Origin: Escherichia phage UFV-AREG1
Strand: one strand, 5' to 3'
Sequence record: KX009778
Length of the DNA stretch: 64,000 bases
A program made the translations under genes and the position numbers. Shown in pieces: positions 6,674 to 18,500 of the stretch. The notes below the pieces were generated by a model. It saw only the letters and a program-made list of their open reading frames with translations. It did not search any database and was not told the origin of the DNA. Every line of letters begins with the position of its first letter. Positions within the stretch are counted from its first letter, which is position 1.

Positions 6674-6961
6674 TTACAAAAGATTTTTAGCAATAATCTT
6701 GAGATGTGCCGCAGAAATGTGTTTAGCTTTAAACAACGCAGTTTCTTCAGCAGGAGAGATAACGATTGTAGCACCATCCTTTTTAGCAGACCACCCATCG
6801 CCTAGGTAAACAGTACCTTTGATTTCTTCGCCATCAACCAGACTAATCATTGGTTTACCTTCTCGTCCTTTATTTGCTTTAATAACTTCAGAAGTAAGAG
6901 TAGCTTCGGTAATAGTAGAAACCGGGGTAGTTGTAGAAGTAAATTCTTTGAAAGTTTTCAT
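6674..6961 (-). CDS. ipI: Internal protein I (IPI)-like, 95 aa; predicted 19-aa CTS leaving a 76-aa mature protein
   Basis: N-terminus MKTFKEFTSTTTPVSTITE|A with ITE gp21 cleavage motif; 95 aa precursor / 76 aa mature matches T4 IPI; located next to 57B as in T4. Confidence 0.7.
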   Translation of the reverse strand: MKTFKEFTSTTTPVSTITEATLTSEVIKANKGREGKPMISLVDGEEIKGTVYLGDGWSAKKDGATIVISPAEETALFKAKHISAAHLKIIAKNLL

Positions 6962-6982
6962 TTTATTTTCCTAATTAATTTT

Positions 6983-7021
6983 GATGAGGTAATAGTATCA
7001 CTACCTCATCAGTATGTAAAC
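6983..7021 (-). promoter_or_regulatory. Early-promoter/stem-loop cassette (PeSL-like) with perfect 9-bp hairpin
   Basis: Minus-strand GTTTACA-N17-TACTAT; the -10 lies in the loop of gatgaggta / tacctcatc (6983..7010). Confidence 0.6.
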
Positions 7022-7033
7022 AACTTTGTGAAA

Positions 7034-7730
<697 letters not shown>

Positions 7731-7731
<1 letters not shown>

Positions 7732-8444
7732 TATAGTACCTTTAGTGTATTTTTAATTTTAGAAAAAAGTTCTTCAAGAGAACCATCGTTTGTAATTACT
7801 AAATCGCCACCACGAATTGGCAATCCAGCTTCTGTAATGTGTGTATCATTGGATTTTTGACCAGGACGAACTACATGAATTACTGTAGCACCCATCGCCC
7901 TAGCCGCATCCATTTCATGATCTTGACGAGTATCAGGAACGATATAATAATCATAACCTGAGTTAAATTTATCAAGATAATCTAAAGCAAATAATTTTAC
8001 CCAGTACATGCGGTCGAAGTTATTAACAATCAAATCCGTACCTAGGGCTTGCATCAGACGACGGACTGACCATTGATCTTCAATATTATTTATAACATCA
8101 GTAATTTTGTTAAATGTTACGAAATTAACTGCGTCATCAAAAACAAACACACCTTTAATTGGGCTTTTACTATTAAGATAGCAAAATGCTTGTTCCATAA
8201 TCGTAATTACTTCTAATTTAGTCAGATTTAAATTAGTTTCACGATCATAGTCAATTCCTTCAAACTCTTTACGAGTTAAACAAGGATAGTCAGTGTTTGC
8301 TGCAAATACACCCCATGCATAAGCCAATGCATCCTTAATAGGACCAGCAAGTTGATATTTAACTGCAGAATAATTGCTCATGATAAAATCAGCAGTAGTA
8401 TCTTTTCCACTACGCTTTACACCGCTTAAAAAGATTAGTTTCAT
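7731..8444 (-). CDS. 1: gp1 deoxynucleoside monophosphate kinase
   Basis: P-loop GVKRSGKDT near N-terminus; start moved to ATG at 8444 with GAGGAG SD (track ORF has 13-aa extension); position matches T4. Confidence 0.85.
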
Positions 8445-8493
8445 GTGTTTCTCCTCAAATTTAATTAAGATTATAACACACAAAACTGAAGCA

Positions 8494-9024
8494 TTAAACT
8501 TCTGCTATAATTTTTCCATCTTTTTCTACTTGAAAATAGGTGTAAGGAATCGTTGCAGTACATACTAAAGCCGGGTCTGAATCTTCCGTATAGCTAAATT
8601 CTACTTCAGACAGGTCAGAAACCCAAGGCTTATAAAAATTTATTGACATCACGATTTCAGTTTTGCTATTATCTAAGATGTAAAGCGTAATGTACTCAGG
8701 ACCTGTTTTTTGGGCAGTATTTTCACCTGTAAGATAGTTGCTAGTTCCTAGCATCCATTCATACATTCCTATCCACGACTTAAGTTCTTCATCGACTATA
8801 AATCTCACAATGAGTGGATCATACTCAAATGTAACTCCTGGACGCTGTGCTCGGCCTAGTCCAAACGGCCCAGTCACGGTATCAGTAACAGGTATCCTAA
8901 TTCCTGGAATAGGAACTGACTGAGCATTTAAAGTAAAAGCAGATGTAGTATTACTATGCGGTATTGATACTACAAAGTTAGTTGTATTTGCTTGATTAAA
9001 AATTTGTTGCAATGCTTGCGACAT
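8494..9024 (-). CDS. 3: gp3 tail completion / sheath stabiliser
   Basis: 176 aa from internal ATG at 9024 (MSQALQQIFNQ...), matching T4 gp3 length; track ORF carries a 27-aa extension. Confidence 0.8.
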   Translation of the reverse strand: MSQALQQIFNQANTTNFVVSIPHSNTTSAFTLNAQSVPIPGIRIPVTDTVTGPFGLGRAQRPGVTFEYDPLIVRFIVDEELKSWIGMYEWMLGTSNYLTGENTAQKTGPEYITLYILDNSKTEIVMSINFYKPWVSDLSEVEFSYTEDSDPALVCTATIPYTYFQVEKDGKIIAEV

Positions 9025-9130
9025 ATATTCCTCATAATGCTTTATAAGTGTTGGTGGTATAATGGGTCTAAGTCCCTTCCATTCAATTCCAATTAGAACA
9101 AACAATAGAAAAGAATGGAAGATAATAGAA

Positions 9131-9955
9131 TTAAATATTTGACCAGACTTTGTTTGCAGAGAAACGTTTTCCTTTTGAAACGAACTGCTGAAGTGGCATC
9201 AACACAACGTTCGCCCAGTCTTTCGGGGCGATTTCAACAAGGCTACCCATAATATTACCGGGTATATATGCCTTAATCATTTGGTCTGCACCCCTAAATC
9301 CTTTCACTTGACTCCAATCAATTTTTAATTTCGTTTTATTAGTAATAGTAGGTGTATTTGAGTATTGCTTTAAAAGCTCTTCTAGAAATTGCTGACGAGC
9401 TTTAGGTGGAATATAGTGCAAGTTCAATCCGTACATTAAATTATGCTTACCTAAACCAAGGTAAATTATCAAAGGAAATTTATCCCAGTAAGGAAGAGTT
9501 TCCTTGTGTTTAGCATCATAAGCAAAAGCATATATTCGCCCCGGCTGCGGGCGAACAACTTTATGTCCTTTTACTTGCTTAATAGTTTCAGCAAACCACT
9601 TTCTGGTTTTATTATTAATTGCTGCGCCTTCATTACGAATTTTATCACGCAATGTTTGCCTGAATGAATTTATCATAAGCAGTTGTCTTTCTTGCTTATT
9701 GAGTTTATTCATTGGTTTTGATTCAAGCTTTTGAATCTTTTCAGCCGTTTTAATTCCTGAAGCATATTTTGACATTGCCGAAGTAAACGTAGAGTATTTG
9801 ATTCCTCTTTCTTCAGCAAATTGCTTTCCTGTCATTCCTTTTGCTTTGGCCTTTTTATATTCAAGACCTATCTGAATCCATTTCTTTTCGTTTAATGATT
9901 GCTTAACCTTTGGAACTTGGGGAGTGCTTTCATTAATTATTTGAAAAATAGCCAT
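9131..9955 (-). CDS. 2: gp2 DNA end protector protein
   Basis: 274 aa basic protein; length and order match T4. Confidence 0.85.
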   Translation of the reverse strand: MAIFQIINESTPQVPKVKQSLNEKKWIQIGLEYKKAKAKGMTGKQFAEERGIKYSTFTSAMSKYASGIKTAEKIQKLESKPMNKLNKQERQLLMINSFRQTLRDKIRNEGAAINNKTRKWFAETIKQVKGHKVVRPQPGRIYAFAYDAKHKETLPYWDKFPLIIYLGLGKHNLMYGLNLHYIPPKARQQFLEELLKQYSNTPTITNKTKLKIDWSQVKGFRGADQMIKAYIPGNIMGSLVEIAPKDWANVVLMPLQQFVSKGKRFSANKVWSNI

Positions 9956-10407
9956 TATGCCCCCTTAAAGCCAAGAGCTCGTAATCCATCTTCTGTCAGA
10001 ATTCTAAATTTTATTCCACGCTTTTCAGCTAAAGCTTGCGCTGCTTTCCATTTGTCGGTATTAACGGAATATGTATAAATTTCATTCATAAATCTTTTCT
10101 TCGCTGCAGTTGTTAGATGTGCTGGTTTAACTGGTGGTTGTGTTTCTTTTTTAGGTTTTATTTCAATAAAAAATTCTTGTCCAGAAGAATCTTTCATCCA
10201 AATATCCATGAAGTATCTACGTTTTTTCCCTTCTGCATTACAAAAATAAGGAATTACTGCTGTTTCACTACCCCATGCAATAATTTCTGGATTTTTATCT
10301 AACCATTCAAAAAAGAATTTTTCCCAATTTGATCTATACGTAATTTTTTTAGGGTCACCTCTATATTTTGATATATTTTTAGGAACCCATTTTCCAGAAT
10401 ATGCCAT
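9955..10407 (-). CDS. 4: gp4 head completion protein
   Basis: 150 aa; length and order match T4. Confidence 0.85.
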   Translation of the reverse strand: MAYSGKWVPKNISKYRGDPKKITYRSNWEKFFFEWLDKNPEIIAWGSETAVIPYFCNAEGKKRRYFMDIWMKDSSGQEFFIEIKPKKETQPPVKPAHLTTAAKKRFMNEIYTYSVNTDKWKAAQALAEKRGIKFRILTEDGLRALGFKGA

Positions 10408-10418
10408 TGGATTCTCCT

Positions 10419-10426
10419 TATAAATA
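10419..10426 (+). promoter_or_regulatory. T4 late promoter core TATAAATA
   Basis: Exact TATAAATA 29 nt upstream of gene 53 ATG, in the divergent 4/53 intergenic region. Confidence 0.6.
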
Positions 10427-10454
10427 GATAATATATTTATAAACAGGAGGGCCC

Positions 10455-11045
10455 ATGCTCTTTACATTTTTTGATCCGATTGAATATGCGGCCAAAACGG
10501 TGAATAAAAACGCGCCGACTATTCCTATGACAGATATTTTTAGAAACTATAAAGACTATTTTAAACGCGCTCTTGCGGGATACCGCTTACGTACTTATTA
10601 TATCAAAGGTTCACCACGCCCGGAAGAATTAGCAAATACTATATATGGAAATCCACAGTTGTATTGGGTTTTATTGATGTGTAATGATAATTATGACCCG
10701 TATTATGGATGGATTACTTCACAAGAAGCTGCTTATCAAGCATCTATACAAAAATACAAAAATGTAGGTGGAGACCAAATAGTATATCATGTGAATGAGA
10801 ATGGTGAAAAATTTTATAATTTAGTATCATACGATGATAATCCATATGTTTGGTATGACAAAGGCGATAAAGCTAGAAAATATCCTCAATATGAAGGAGC
10901 ACTTGCTGCTGTTAATACGTATGAAGATGCTGTTCTTGAAAATGAAAAACTTCGTCAAATAAAAATAATAGCAAAATCAGACATCAATTCATTTATGAAC
11001 GACCTTATACGTATAATGGAGAAATCTTATGGAAATGATAAGTAA
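10455..11045 (+). CDS. 53: gp53 baseplate wedge subunit
   Basis: 196 aa; GGAGG SD; length and order match T4. Confidence 0.9.
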   Translation: MLFTFFDPIEYAAKTVNKNAPTIPMTDIFRNYKDYFKRALAGYRLRTYYIKGSPRPEELANTIYGNPQLYWVLLMCNDNYDPYYGWITSQEAAYQASIQKYKNVGGDQIVYHVNENGEKFYNLVSYDDNPYVWYDKGDKARKYPQYEGALAAVNTYEDAVLENEKLRQIKIIAKSDINSFMNDLIRIMEKSYGNDK

Positions 11046-12756
11046 TAACCTTAATTGGTTTGTTGGTGTTGTTGAAGATAGAATGGACCCATTAAAATTA
11101 GGTCGTGTTCGTGTTCGTGTGGTTGGTCTGCATCCACCACAAAGAGCACAAGGTGATGTAATGGGTATTCCAACTGAAAAATTGCCATGGATGTCAGTTA
11201 TTCAGCCTATAACTTCGGCAGCTATGTCTGGAATTGGAGGTTCTGTTACTGGACCGGTAGAAGGAACTAGAGTTTATGGTCATTTTTTAGACAAATGGAA
11301 AACTAACGGAATTGTCCTTGGAACGTATGGTGGAATAGTTCGCGAAAAACCGAATAGACTTGAAGGATTTTCTGACCCAACTGGGCAGTATCCTAGACGT
11401 TTAGGAAATGATACTAACGTACTAAACCAAGGCGGAGAAGTAGGATATGATTCGTCTTCTAACATTATCCAAGATAGTAACTTAGACACTGCAATAAATC
11501 CTGATGATAGACCACTATCAGAGATTCCAACTGATGATAATCCAAATATGTCAATGGCTGAAATGCTTCGCCGTGATGAAGGATTAAGACTAAAAGTTTA
11601 TTGGGATACCGAAGGATATCCGACAATTGGTATTGGTCATCTTATCATGAAGCAGCCAGTTCGTGATATGGCTCAAATTAATAAAGTTTTATCGAAACAA
11701 GTTGGTCGTGAAATTACTGGAAACCCAGGTTCTATTACAATGGAAGAAGCGGTAACTTTATTTGAACGTGATTTAGCTGATATGCAACGTGACATTAAAT
11801 CACATTCTAAAGTTGGCCCAGTTTGGAAAGCAGTTAATCGTTCTCGTCAAATGGCGTTAGAAAATATGGCATTTCAGATGGGTGTTGGTGGTGTAGCTAA
11901 ATTTAACACAATGTTAACTGCTATGTTAGCAGGAGATTGGGAAAAAGCATATAAAGCCGGTCGTGATTCATTGTGGTATCAACAAACAAAAGGCCGTGCA
12001 TCCCGTGTTACCATGATTATTCTTACGGGAAATTTGGAATCATACGGTGTTGAAGTGAAAACCCCAGCTAGGTCTCTATCAGCAATGGCTGCTACTGTAG
12101 CTAAATCTTCTGACCCTGCTGACCCTCCTATTCCAAATGACTCGAGAATTTTATTCAAAGAACCAGTTTCTTCATATAAAGGCGAATATCCTTATGTGCA
12201 TACAATGGAAACTGAAAGTGGACATATTCAGGAATTTGATGATACCCCTGGGCAAGAACGATACAGATTAGTTCATCCAACTGGAACTTATGAAGAAGTA
12301 TCACCGTCAGGGAGAAGAACAAGAAAAACTGTTGATAATTTGTATGATATAACCAACGCTGATGGTAATTTTTTGGTAGCCGGTGATAAAAAGACTAACG
12401 TCGGTGGATCAGAAATTTATTACAACATGGATAATCGTCTTCACCAAATAGATGGAAGCAATACAATATTTGTTCGAGGCGATGAAACTAAGACGGTTGA
12501 AGGTAATGGAACTATCCTAGTCAAAGGTAATGTTACTATTGTAGTTGAAGGTAATGCTGACATTACAGTTAAAGGAGATGCTACCACTTTAGTTGAAGGA
12601 AATCAAACTAATACAGTAAATGGAAATCTTTCTTGGAAAGTTGCTGGGACAGTTGATTGGGACGTTGGTGGTGATTGGACAGAAAAAATGGCATCTATGA
12701 GTTCTATTTCATCTGGTCAATACACAATTGATGGATCGAGGATTGACATTGGCTAA
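11029..12756 (+). CDS. 5: gp5 baseplate hub subunit and tail lysozyme (cell-puncturing device)
   Basis: 575 aa; lysozyme core DTEGYPTIGIGH; C-terminal VxGxxxxx beta-helix repeats; length and order match T4. Confidence 0.95.
   Translation: MEMISNNLNWFVGVVEDRMDPLKLGRVRVRVVGLHPPQRAQGDVMGIPTEKLPWMSVIQPITSAAMSGIGGSVTGPVEGTRVYGHFLDKWKTNGIVLGTYGGIVREKPNRLEGFSDPTGQYPRRLGNDTNVLNQGGEVGYDSSSNIIQDSNLDTAINPDDRPLSEIPTDDNPNMSMAEMLRRDEGLRLKVYWDTEGYPTIGIGHLIMKQPVRDMAQINKVLSKQVGREITGNPGSITMEEAVTLFERDLADMQRDIKSHSKVGPVWKAVNRSRQMALENMAFQMGVGGVAKFNTMLTAMLAGDWEKAYKAGRDSLWYQQTKGRASRVTMIILTGNLESYGVEVKTPARSLSAMAATVAKSSDPADPPIPNDSRILFKEPVSSYKGEYPYVHTMETESGHIQEFDDTPGQERYRLVHPTGTYEEVSPSGRRTRKTVDNLYDITNADGNFLVAGDKKTNVGGSEIYYNMDNRLHQIDGSNTIFVRGDETKTVEGNGTILVKGNVTIVVEGNADITVKGDATTLVEGNQTNTVNGNLSWKVAGTVDWDVGGDWTEKMASMSSISSGQYTIDGSRIDIG
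12470..12650 (+). repeat. Tandem 24-nt (octapeptide) repeats encoding the gp5 C-terminal beta-helix needle
   Basis: Repeated GTTGAAGGTAATG-type units translating to VEGNGTILVKGNVTIVVEGNADITVKGDATTLVEGNQTNTVNGN. Confidence 0.7.
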
Positions 12757-12790
12757 TATACTTCCAATGAGCGCTGATTTAGGAGAATCC

Positions 12791-13285
12791 ATGGAAGGTT
12801 CTTCTATCGACGTCACCTTTACCGCTCAATTAGAAACAGGTGAAACGTTAGTATCTATAAATATAACTAGTTACGAAGAAACTCCTGGGGTTTTAGTAGA
12901 AGAAAATCGTTTATATGGAACGTATGAATCTGTATTTGGATTTGGAAATGACGCGTTGAAATATCGTTTAGGTGATGAATTTAAAACTGCTGCTTCATGG
13001 GAAGAACTTCCTACTGATTCTGACACTCAGTTGTATTTGTGGAAAGCTCCTCAAAATCTCCAGAAGACATTCACTTACGAAGTAACATTAATATATGACT
13101 ACCAAGAACAAAGTGAATCTGGAGGTTCTGGCAGTAATTCTAGGTCATCTTCTGATACTACTGAACCAACAGATCCTCCTGCTCCAGTAAGAAAAACTCT
13201 CGTTAAAAATTATACTAAAACTATAGTTGGAAATTGGAGTCGTTGGGCTAATAAATTAAGAAGCTATGTGTATGAGAGGTCATAG
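12791..13285 (+). CDS. 5.1: gp5.1-like hypothetical protein, 164 aa
   Basis: Start placed at ATG 12791 after AGGAG SD, downstream of gp5 stop; track ORF 12728 start overlaps gp5. Confidence 0.6.
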
Positions 13286-13579
13286 ATGTCAGGATTAAGT
13301 TATGATAAATGTGTTACTGCTGGTCATGAAGCATGGCCTCCAACAGTTGTGAATGCTACACAAAGTAAAGTATTCACTGGAGGAATTGCTGTTCTCGTAG
13401 CAGGTGATCCAATTACAGAACATACAGAAATTAAAAAGCCATATGAAACACATGGCGGAGTGACACAACCTAGAACTTCTAAGGTATATGTCACTGGAAA
13501 GAAAGCTGTTCAAATGGCTGATCCAATATCATGCGGTGATACTGTGGCTCAGGCATCATCTAAAGTATTCATTAAATAG
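13286..13579 (+). CDS. 5.4: gp5.4 PAAR-repeat spike-tip protein
   Basis: 97 aa; position directly upstream of gene 6; size matches T4 gp5.4. Confidence 0.8.
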
Positions 13580-13587
13580 GATTTAAA

Positions 13588-15570
13588 ATGGCAAATACCC
13601 CTGTAAATTATCAATTAACAAGAACAGCAAATGCTATTCCCGAGATATTCGTCGGGGGTACGTTTGCTGAAATAAAACAAAACCTCATTGAATGGCTTAA
13701 TGGCCAAAATGAATTTTTGGATTATGATTTTGAAGGCTCAAGATTAAACGTTCTGTGTGACCTTTTGGCTTATAATACATTGTACATTCAACAATTTGGT
13801 AATGCTGCTGTGTATGAAAGCTTTATGCGTACTGCTAACTTACGAAGTTCAGTTGTTCAAGCTGCACAAGATAACGGATATTTACCTACTTCAAAATCCG
13901 CTGCGCAGACCGAAATTATGTTAACATGCACCGACGCATTGAATAGGAATTACATTACAATTCCTCGTGGAACTCGCTTTTTAGCATATGCAAAAGATAC
14001 TTCTGTTAATCCATATAACTTCGTTTCTACCGAAGACGTTATTGCTATTCGTGATAAAAATAACCAATATTTTCCACGTTTAAAATTGGCTCAGGGACGT
14101 ATAGTAAGAACTGAAATCATTTATGATAAATTAACACCTATTATCATTTATGATAAAAATATTGATAGAAACCAGGTTAAATTATATGTTGATGGAGCGG
14201 AATGGATTAACTGGACAAGAAAGTCAATGGTTCATGCTGGTTCAACATCAACGATTTACTATATGCGTGAAACTATTGATGGAAACACTGAATTCTATTT
14301 TGGCGAAGGTGAAATTTCTGTTAATGCTTCTGAAGGAGCTTTGACCGCTAATTATATCGGAGGTCTTAAACCTACTCAGAACTCTACGATTGTTATTGAG
14401 TACATCAGTACTAATGGTGCTGACGCGAACGGAGCAGTCGGATTTTCATACGCAGATACATTAACAAATATAACTGTCATCAATATTAATGAAAATCCAA
14501 ACGATGACCCAGATTTTGTTGGGGCAGATGGTGGTGGTGATCCAGAAGATATTGAGCGTATCCGCGAATTGGGTACTATTAAACGCGAAACCCAGCAACG
14601 ATGCGTAACTGCGACTGACTATGATACATTCGTTTCAGAGAGATTTGGTTCTATTATTCAAGCCGTTCAGACTTTCACTGATTCTACTAAACCTGGATAT
14701 GCATTTATTGCTGCTAAACCTAAATCAGGATTGTATTTAACTACTGTGCAGCGTGAAGATATTAAAAATTATCTCAAAGACTATAATTTAGCTCCTATTA
14801 CGCCATCAATTATTTCTCCTAATTATCTTTTTATTAAGACTAATTTAAAAGTCACATATGCTTTAAATAAGCTGCAAGAATCTGAACAGTGGCTTGAAGG
14901 TCAAATAATTGATAAAATTGACCGCTATTATACTGAAGATGTAGAAATTTTTAACTCGTCTTTTGCCAAGTCTAAGATGTTAACTTATGTAGATGATGCA
15001 GATCATTCTATCATTGGTTCATCAGCGACTATTCAAATGGTTCGTGAAGTACAAAATTTCTATAAAACTCCTGAAGCGGGTATTAAATACAATAATCAAA
15101 TAAAAGACCGTTCTATGGAATCTAATACGTTTTCATTTAATTCTGGACGAAAAGTTGTAAATCCTGATACTGGTTTAGAAGAAGATGTATTATATGACGT
15201 TCGCATAGTATCAACAGACCGAGATTCTAAAGGAATTGGTAAAGTTATTATTGGTCCATTTGCTTCTGGCGATGTTACAGAAAATGAAAACATTCAGCCA
15301 TATACAGGCAATGATTTTAATAAATTAGCAAATTCTGATGGACGCGACAAATACTATGTTATCGGTGAAATAAATTATCCAGCTGATGTGATTTATTGGA
15401 ATATCGCTAAAATTAATTTAACATCTGAAAAATTTGAAGTTCAGACTATTGAATTATATTCTGACCCAACCGATGATGTTATCTTTACTCGCGATGGTTC
15501 ACTGATTGTATTTGAAAATGACTTACGTCCACAATACTTAACTATCGATTTGGAGCCTATATCACAATGA
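13588..15570 (+). CDS. 6: gp6 baseplate wedge subunit
   Basis: 660 aa; length and order match T4. Confidence 0.95.
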   Translation: MANTPVNYQLTRTANAIPEIFVGGTFAEIKQNLIEWLNGQNEFLDYDFEGSRLNVLCDLLAYNTLYIQQFGNAAVYESFMRTANLRSSVVQAAQDNGYLPTSKSAAQTEIMLTCTDALNRNYITIPRGTRFLAYAKDTSVNPYNFVSTEDVIAIRDKNNQYFPRLKLAQGRIVRTEIIYDKLTPIIIYDKNIDRNQVKLYVDGAEWINWTRKSMVHAGSTSTIYYMRETIDGNTEFYFGEGEISVNASEGALTANYIGGLKPTQNSTIVIEYISTNGADANGAVGFSYADTLTNITVININENPNDDPDFVGADGGGDPEDIERIRELGTIKRETQQRCVTATDYDTFVSERFGSIIQAVQTFTDSTKPGYAFIAAKPKSGLYLTTVQREDIKNYLKDYNLAPITPSIISPNYLFIKTNLKVTYALNKLQESEQWLEGQIIDKIDRYYTEDVEIFNSSFAKSKMLTYVDDADHSIIGSSATIQMVREVQNFYKTPEAGIKYNNQIKDRSMESNTFSFNSGRKVVNPDTGLEEDVLYDVRIVSTDRDSKGIGKVIIGPFASGDVTENENIQPYTGNDFNKLANSDGRDKYYVIGEINYPADVIYWNIAKINLTSEKFEVQTIELYSDPTDDVIFTRDGSLIVFENDLRPQYLTIDLEPISQ

Positions 15571-18500
15571 CAGTAAAAGCACCTTCAGTCACTAGTCTCA
15601 GAATTTCCAAGTTATCCGCAAATCAGGTGCAAGTACGCTGGGATGACGTTGGTGCTAATTTCTACTATTTTGTAGAAATCGCTGAGACAAAAACAGACTC
15701 GGGGGAAAATCTCCCGAGTAATCAATATCGTTGGATTAATTTAGGATATACAGCAAATAATAGTTTCTTTTTTGATGACGCTGATCCGCTGACATCGTAT
15801 GTTATTAGAGTAGCTACGGCGGCGCAAGATTTTGAGCAGTCTGATTGGATTTATACCGAAGAGTTTGAAACTTTTGCTACGAATGCTTATACATTTCAAA
15901 ACATGATTGAAATGCAATTAGCTAATAAATTCATTCAAGAAAAGTTCACTCTTAATAATTCTGATTATGTTAATTTTAATAATGACACTATAATGGCTGC
16001 ATTGATGAATGAATCATTTCAATTCAGCCCATCGTATGTTGATGTTTCATCAATAAGTAATTTTATTATTGGTGAAAATGAGTATCATGAAATACAAGGT
16101 TCTATTCAGCAAGTATGTAAGGATATTAACCGAGTTTATTTGATGGAATCAGAAGGAATTCTATATCTTTTTGAGCGCTATCAACCTGTAGTTAAAGTAT
16201 CTAATGATAAAGGACAAACCTGGAAAGCTGTAAAGCTCTTCAATGACCGCGTAGGATATCCTTTATCTAAGACAGTATATTACCAATCTGCAAACACAAC
16301 ATACGTTCTAGGATACGACAAGATTTTCTATGGCCGTAAATCGACTGACGTTAGATGGTCAGCAGATGATGTCAGATTCAGTTCACAGGATATAACATTT
16401 GCTAAACTTGGTGACCAACTTCATTTAGGATTCGATGTTGAAATCTTCGCTACTTACGCGACTTTACCGGCGAATGTATACCGCATTGCAGAAGCTATTA
16501 CTTGCACCGATGATTACATTTACGTTGTCGCCAGAGACAAAGTTAGATACATAAAAACGAGTAATGCACCTATAGATTCTGATCCATTATCTCCAACATA
16601 TTCGGAAAGACTTTTTGAACCTGATACTATGACTATAACCGGAAATCCTAAAGCAGTATGTTATAAAATGGATTCTATTGGTGATAAAGTTTTTGCTCTT
16701 ATTATTGGTGAAGTTGAAACATTAAATGCTAATCCTAGAACATCAAAAATAATTGATTCTACTGATAAAGGAATATATGTTTTAAATCATGACGAAAAGA
16801 CATGGAAAAGAGTTTTCGGTAATACTGAAGAAGAAAGAAGACGTATTCAACCTGGATATGCGAATATGTCAACTGACGGTAAATTAGTTTCTCTGTCTTC
16901 GAGTAATTTTAAATTTTTAAGTGATAATGTTGTTAATGACCCTGAAACTGCAGCAAAATATCAGTTAATTGGTGCCGTCAAATATGAATTTCCTCGTGAA
17001 TGGTTAGCTGATAAGCATTATCATATGATGGCATTTATAGCGGATGAAAAATCTGACTGGGAGACTTTTACTCCTCAACCAATGAAATACTACGCAGAAC
17101 CGTTCTTTAACTGGTCTAAAAAATCTAACACGCGTTGTTGGATAAACAACTCTGATAGAGCTGTAGTAGTTTATGCTGATTTAAAATACACCAAAGTTAT
17201 AGAAAATATTCCGGAAACATCACCAGATAGATTAGTTCATGAATACTGGGATGATGGTGATTGCACTATAGTAATGCCAAATGTTAAATTCACTGGATTT
17301 AAAAAATACGCATCAGGAATGCTTTTCTACAAAGCCTCCGGTGAAATAATTTCTTACTATGATTTTAACTATCGTGTGAGAGATACAGTAGAAATTATTT
17401 GGAAGCCAACTGAAGTATTTTTAAAAGCATTTTTACAAAACCAAGAGCATGAGACTCCTTGGTCACCAGAAGAAGAGCGTGGACTAGCTGACCCCGATTT
17501 AAGACCATTAATTGGCACAATGATGCCTGATTCTTATTTGTTACAGGATTCGAATTTTGAGGCATTTTGCGAAGCATATATTCAGTATCTTTCTGATGGA
17601 TATGGAACTCAGTATAACAATTTACGAAATTTAATTCGTAACAAATATCCACGAGAAGAGCATGCATGGGAATATTTGTGGTCAGAGATATATAAAAGAA
17701 ACATTTATTTAAATGCTGACAAACGTGATGCTGTTGCAAGATTTTTCGAATCACGTAGCTATGATTTTTATTCTACTAAAGGAATTGAAGCATCATACAA
17801 ATTTCTTTTTAAAGTTCTTTATAATGAAGAAGTTGAAATTGAAATTGAATCTGGGGCTGGTACTGAATATGATATAATCGTTCAATCTGATTCTTTGACT
17901 GAAGACTTAGTAGGACAAACGATTTATACGGCAACAGGAAGATGTAATGTTACTTATATAGAAAGAAGCTATTCTAATGGTAAATTGCAATGGACCGTAA
18001 CTATTCATAATCTTTTAGGACGATTAATTGCTGGTCAAGAAGTTAAAGCAGAAAGACTCCCTAGTTTTGAAGGCGAAATTATTCGTGGGGTTAAAGGAAA
18101 GGATTTGCTTCAAAATAATATAGACTATATTAATAGAAGTCGATCATATTATGTAATGAAAATTAAATCCAATTTACCTTCTTCTCGTTGGAAATCTGAC
18201 GTTATTCGTTTTGTTCATCCAGTAGGATTTGGATTTATAGCAATTACCCTTTTAACGATGTTTATTAATGTTGGTTTAACTCTTAAACACACAGAGACTA
18301 TAATTAATAAATACAAAAACTATAAATGGGATTCTGGATTGCCTACTGAATATGCTGATAGAGTAGCTAAATTGACTCCAACCGGTGAAATTGAGCATGA
18401 TTCAGTAACAGGCGAAGCAATTTATGAGCCTGGCCCAATGGCTGGTGTAAAATATCCTCTTCCTGATGACTATAATGCTGAAAATAATAATTCAATATTT

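Noticed and set aside
5590-7030. Possible CRISPR array suggested by regularly repeated ~70-bp units
   Set aside because: The repeats are promoter/RBS cassettes each followed by a full ORF of different length (222-309 bp), not short uniform spacers; no cas genes; the units contain promoter hexamers and Shine-Dalgarno sequences.
12728-12790. Upstream start of the gene 5.1 ORF at 12728 overlapping gene 5
   Set aside because: ATG at 12791 has an AGGAG SD and lies after the gp5 stop; the extension would overlap gp5 by 29 nt without an RBS.
17395-17754. 119-aa minus-strand ORF inside gene 7
   Set aside because: Fully contained antisense within a conserved structural gene; typical spurious ORF in AT-rich phage DNA. 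The same applies to the other short antisense ORFs in the track within genes 5, 6, 8, 10, 11, 12, wac, 13, 17, 19, 20, 23, 24, inh, uvsW, 27, 29 and the alt genes.
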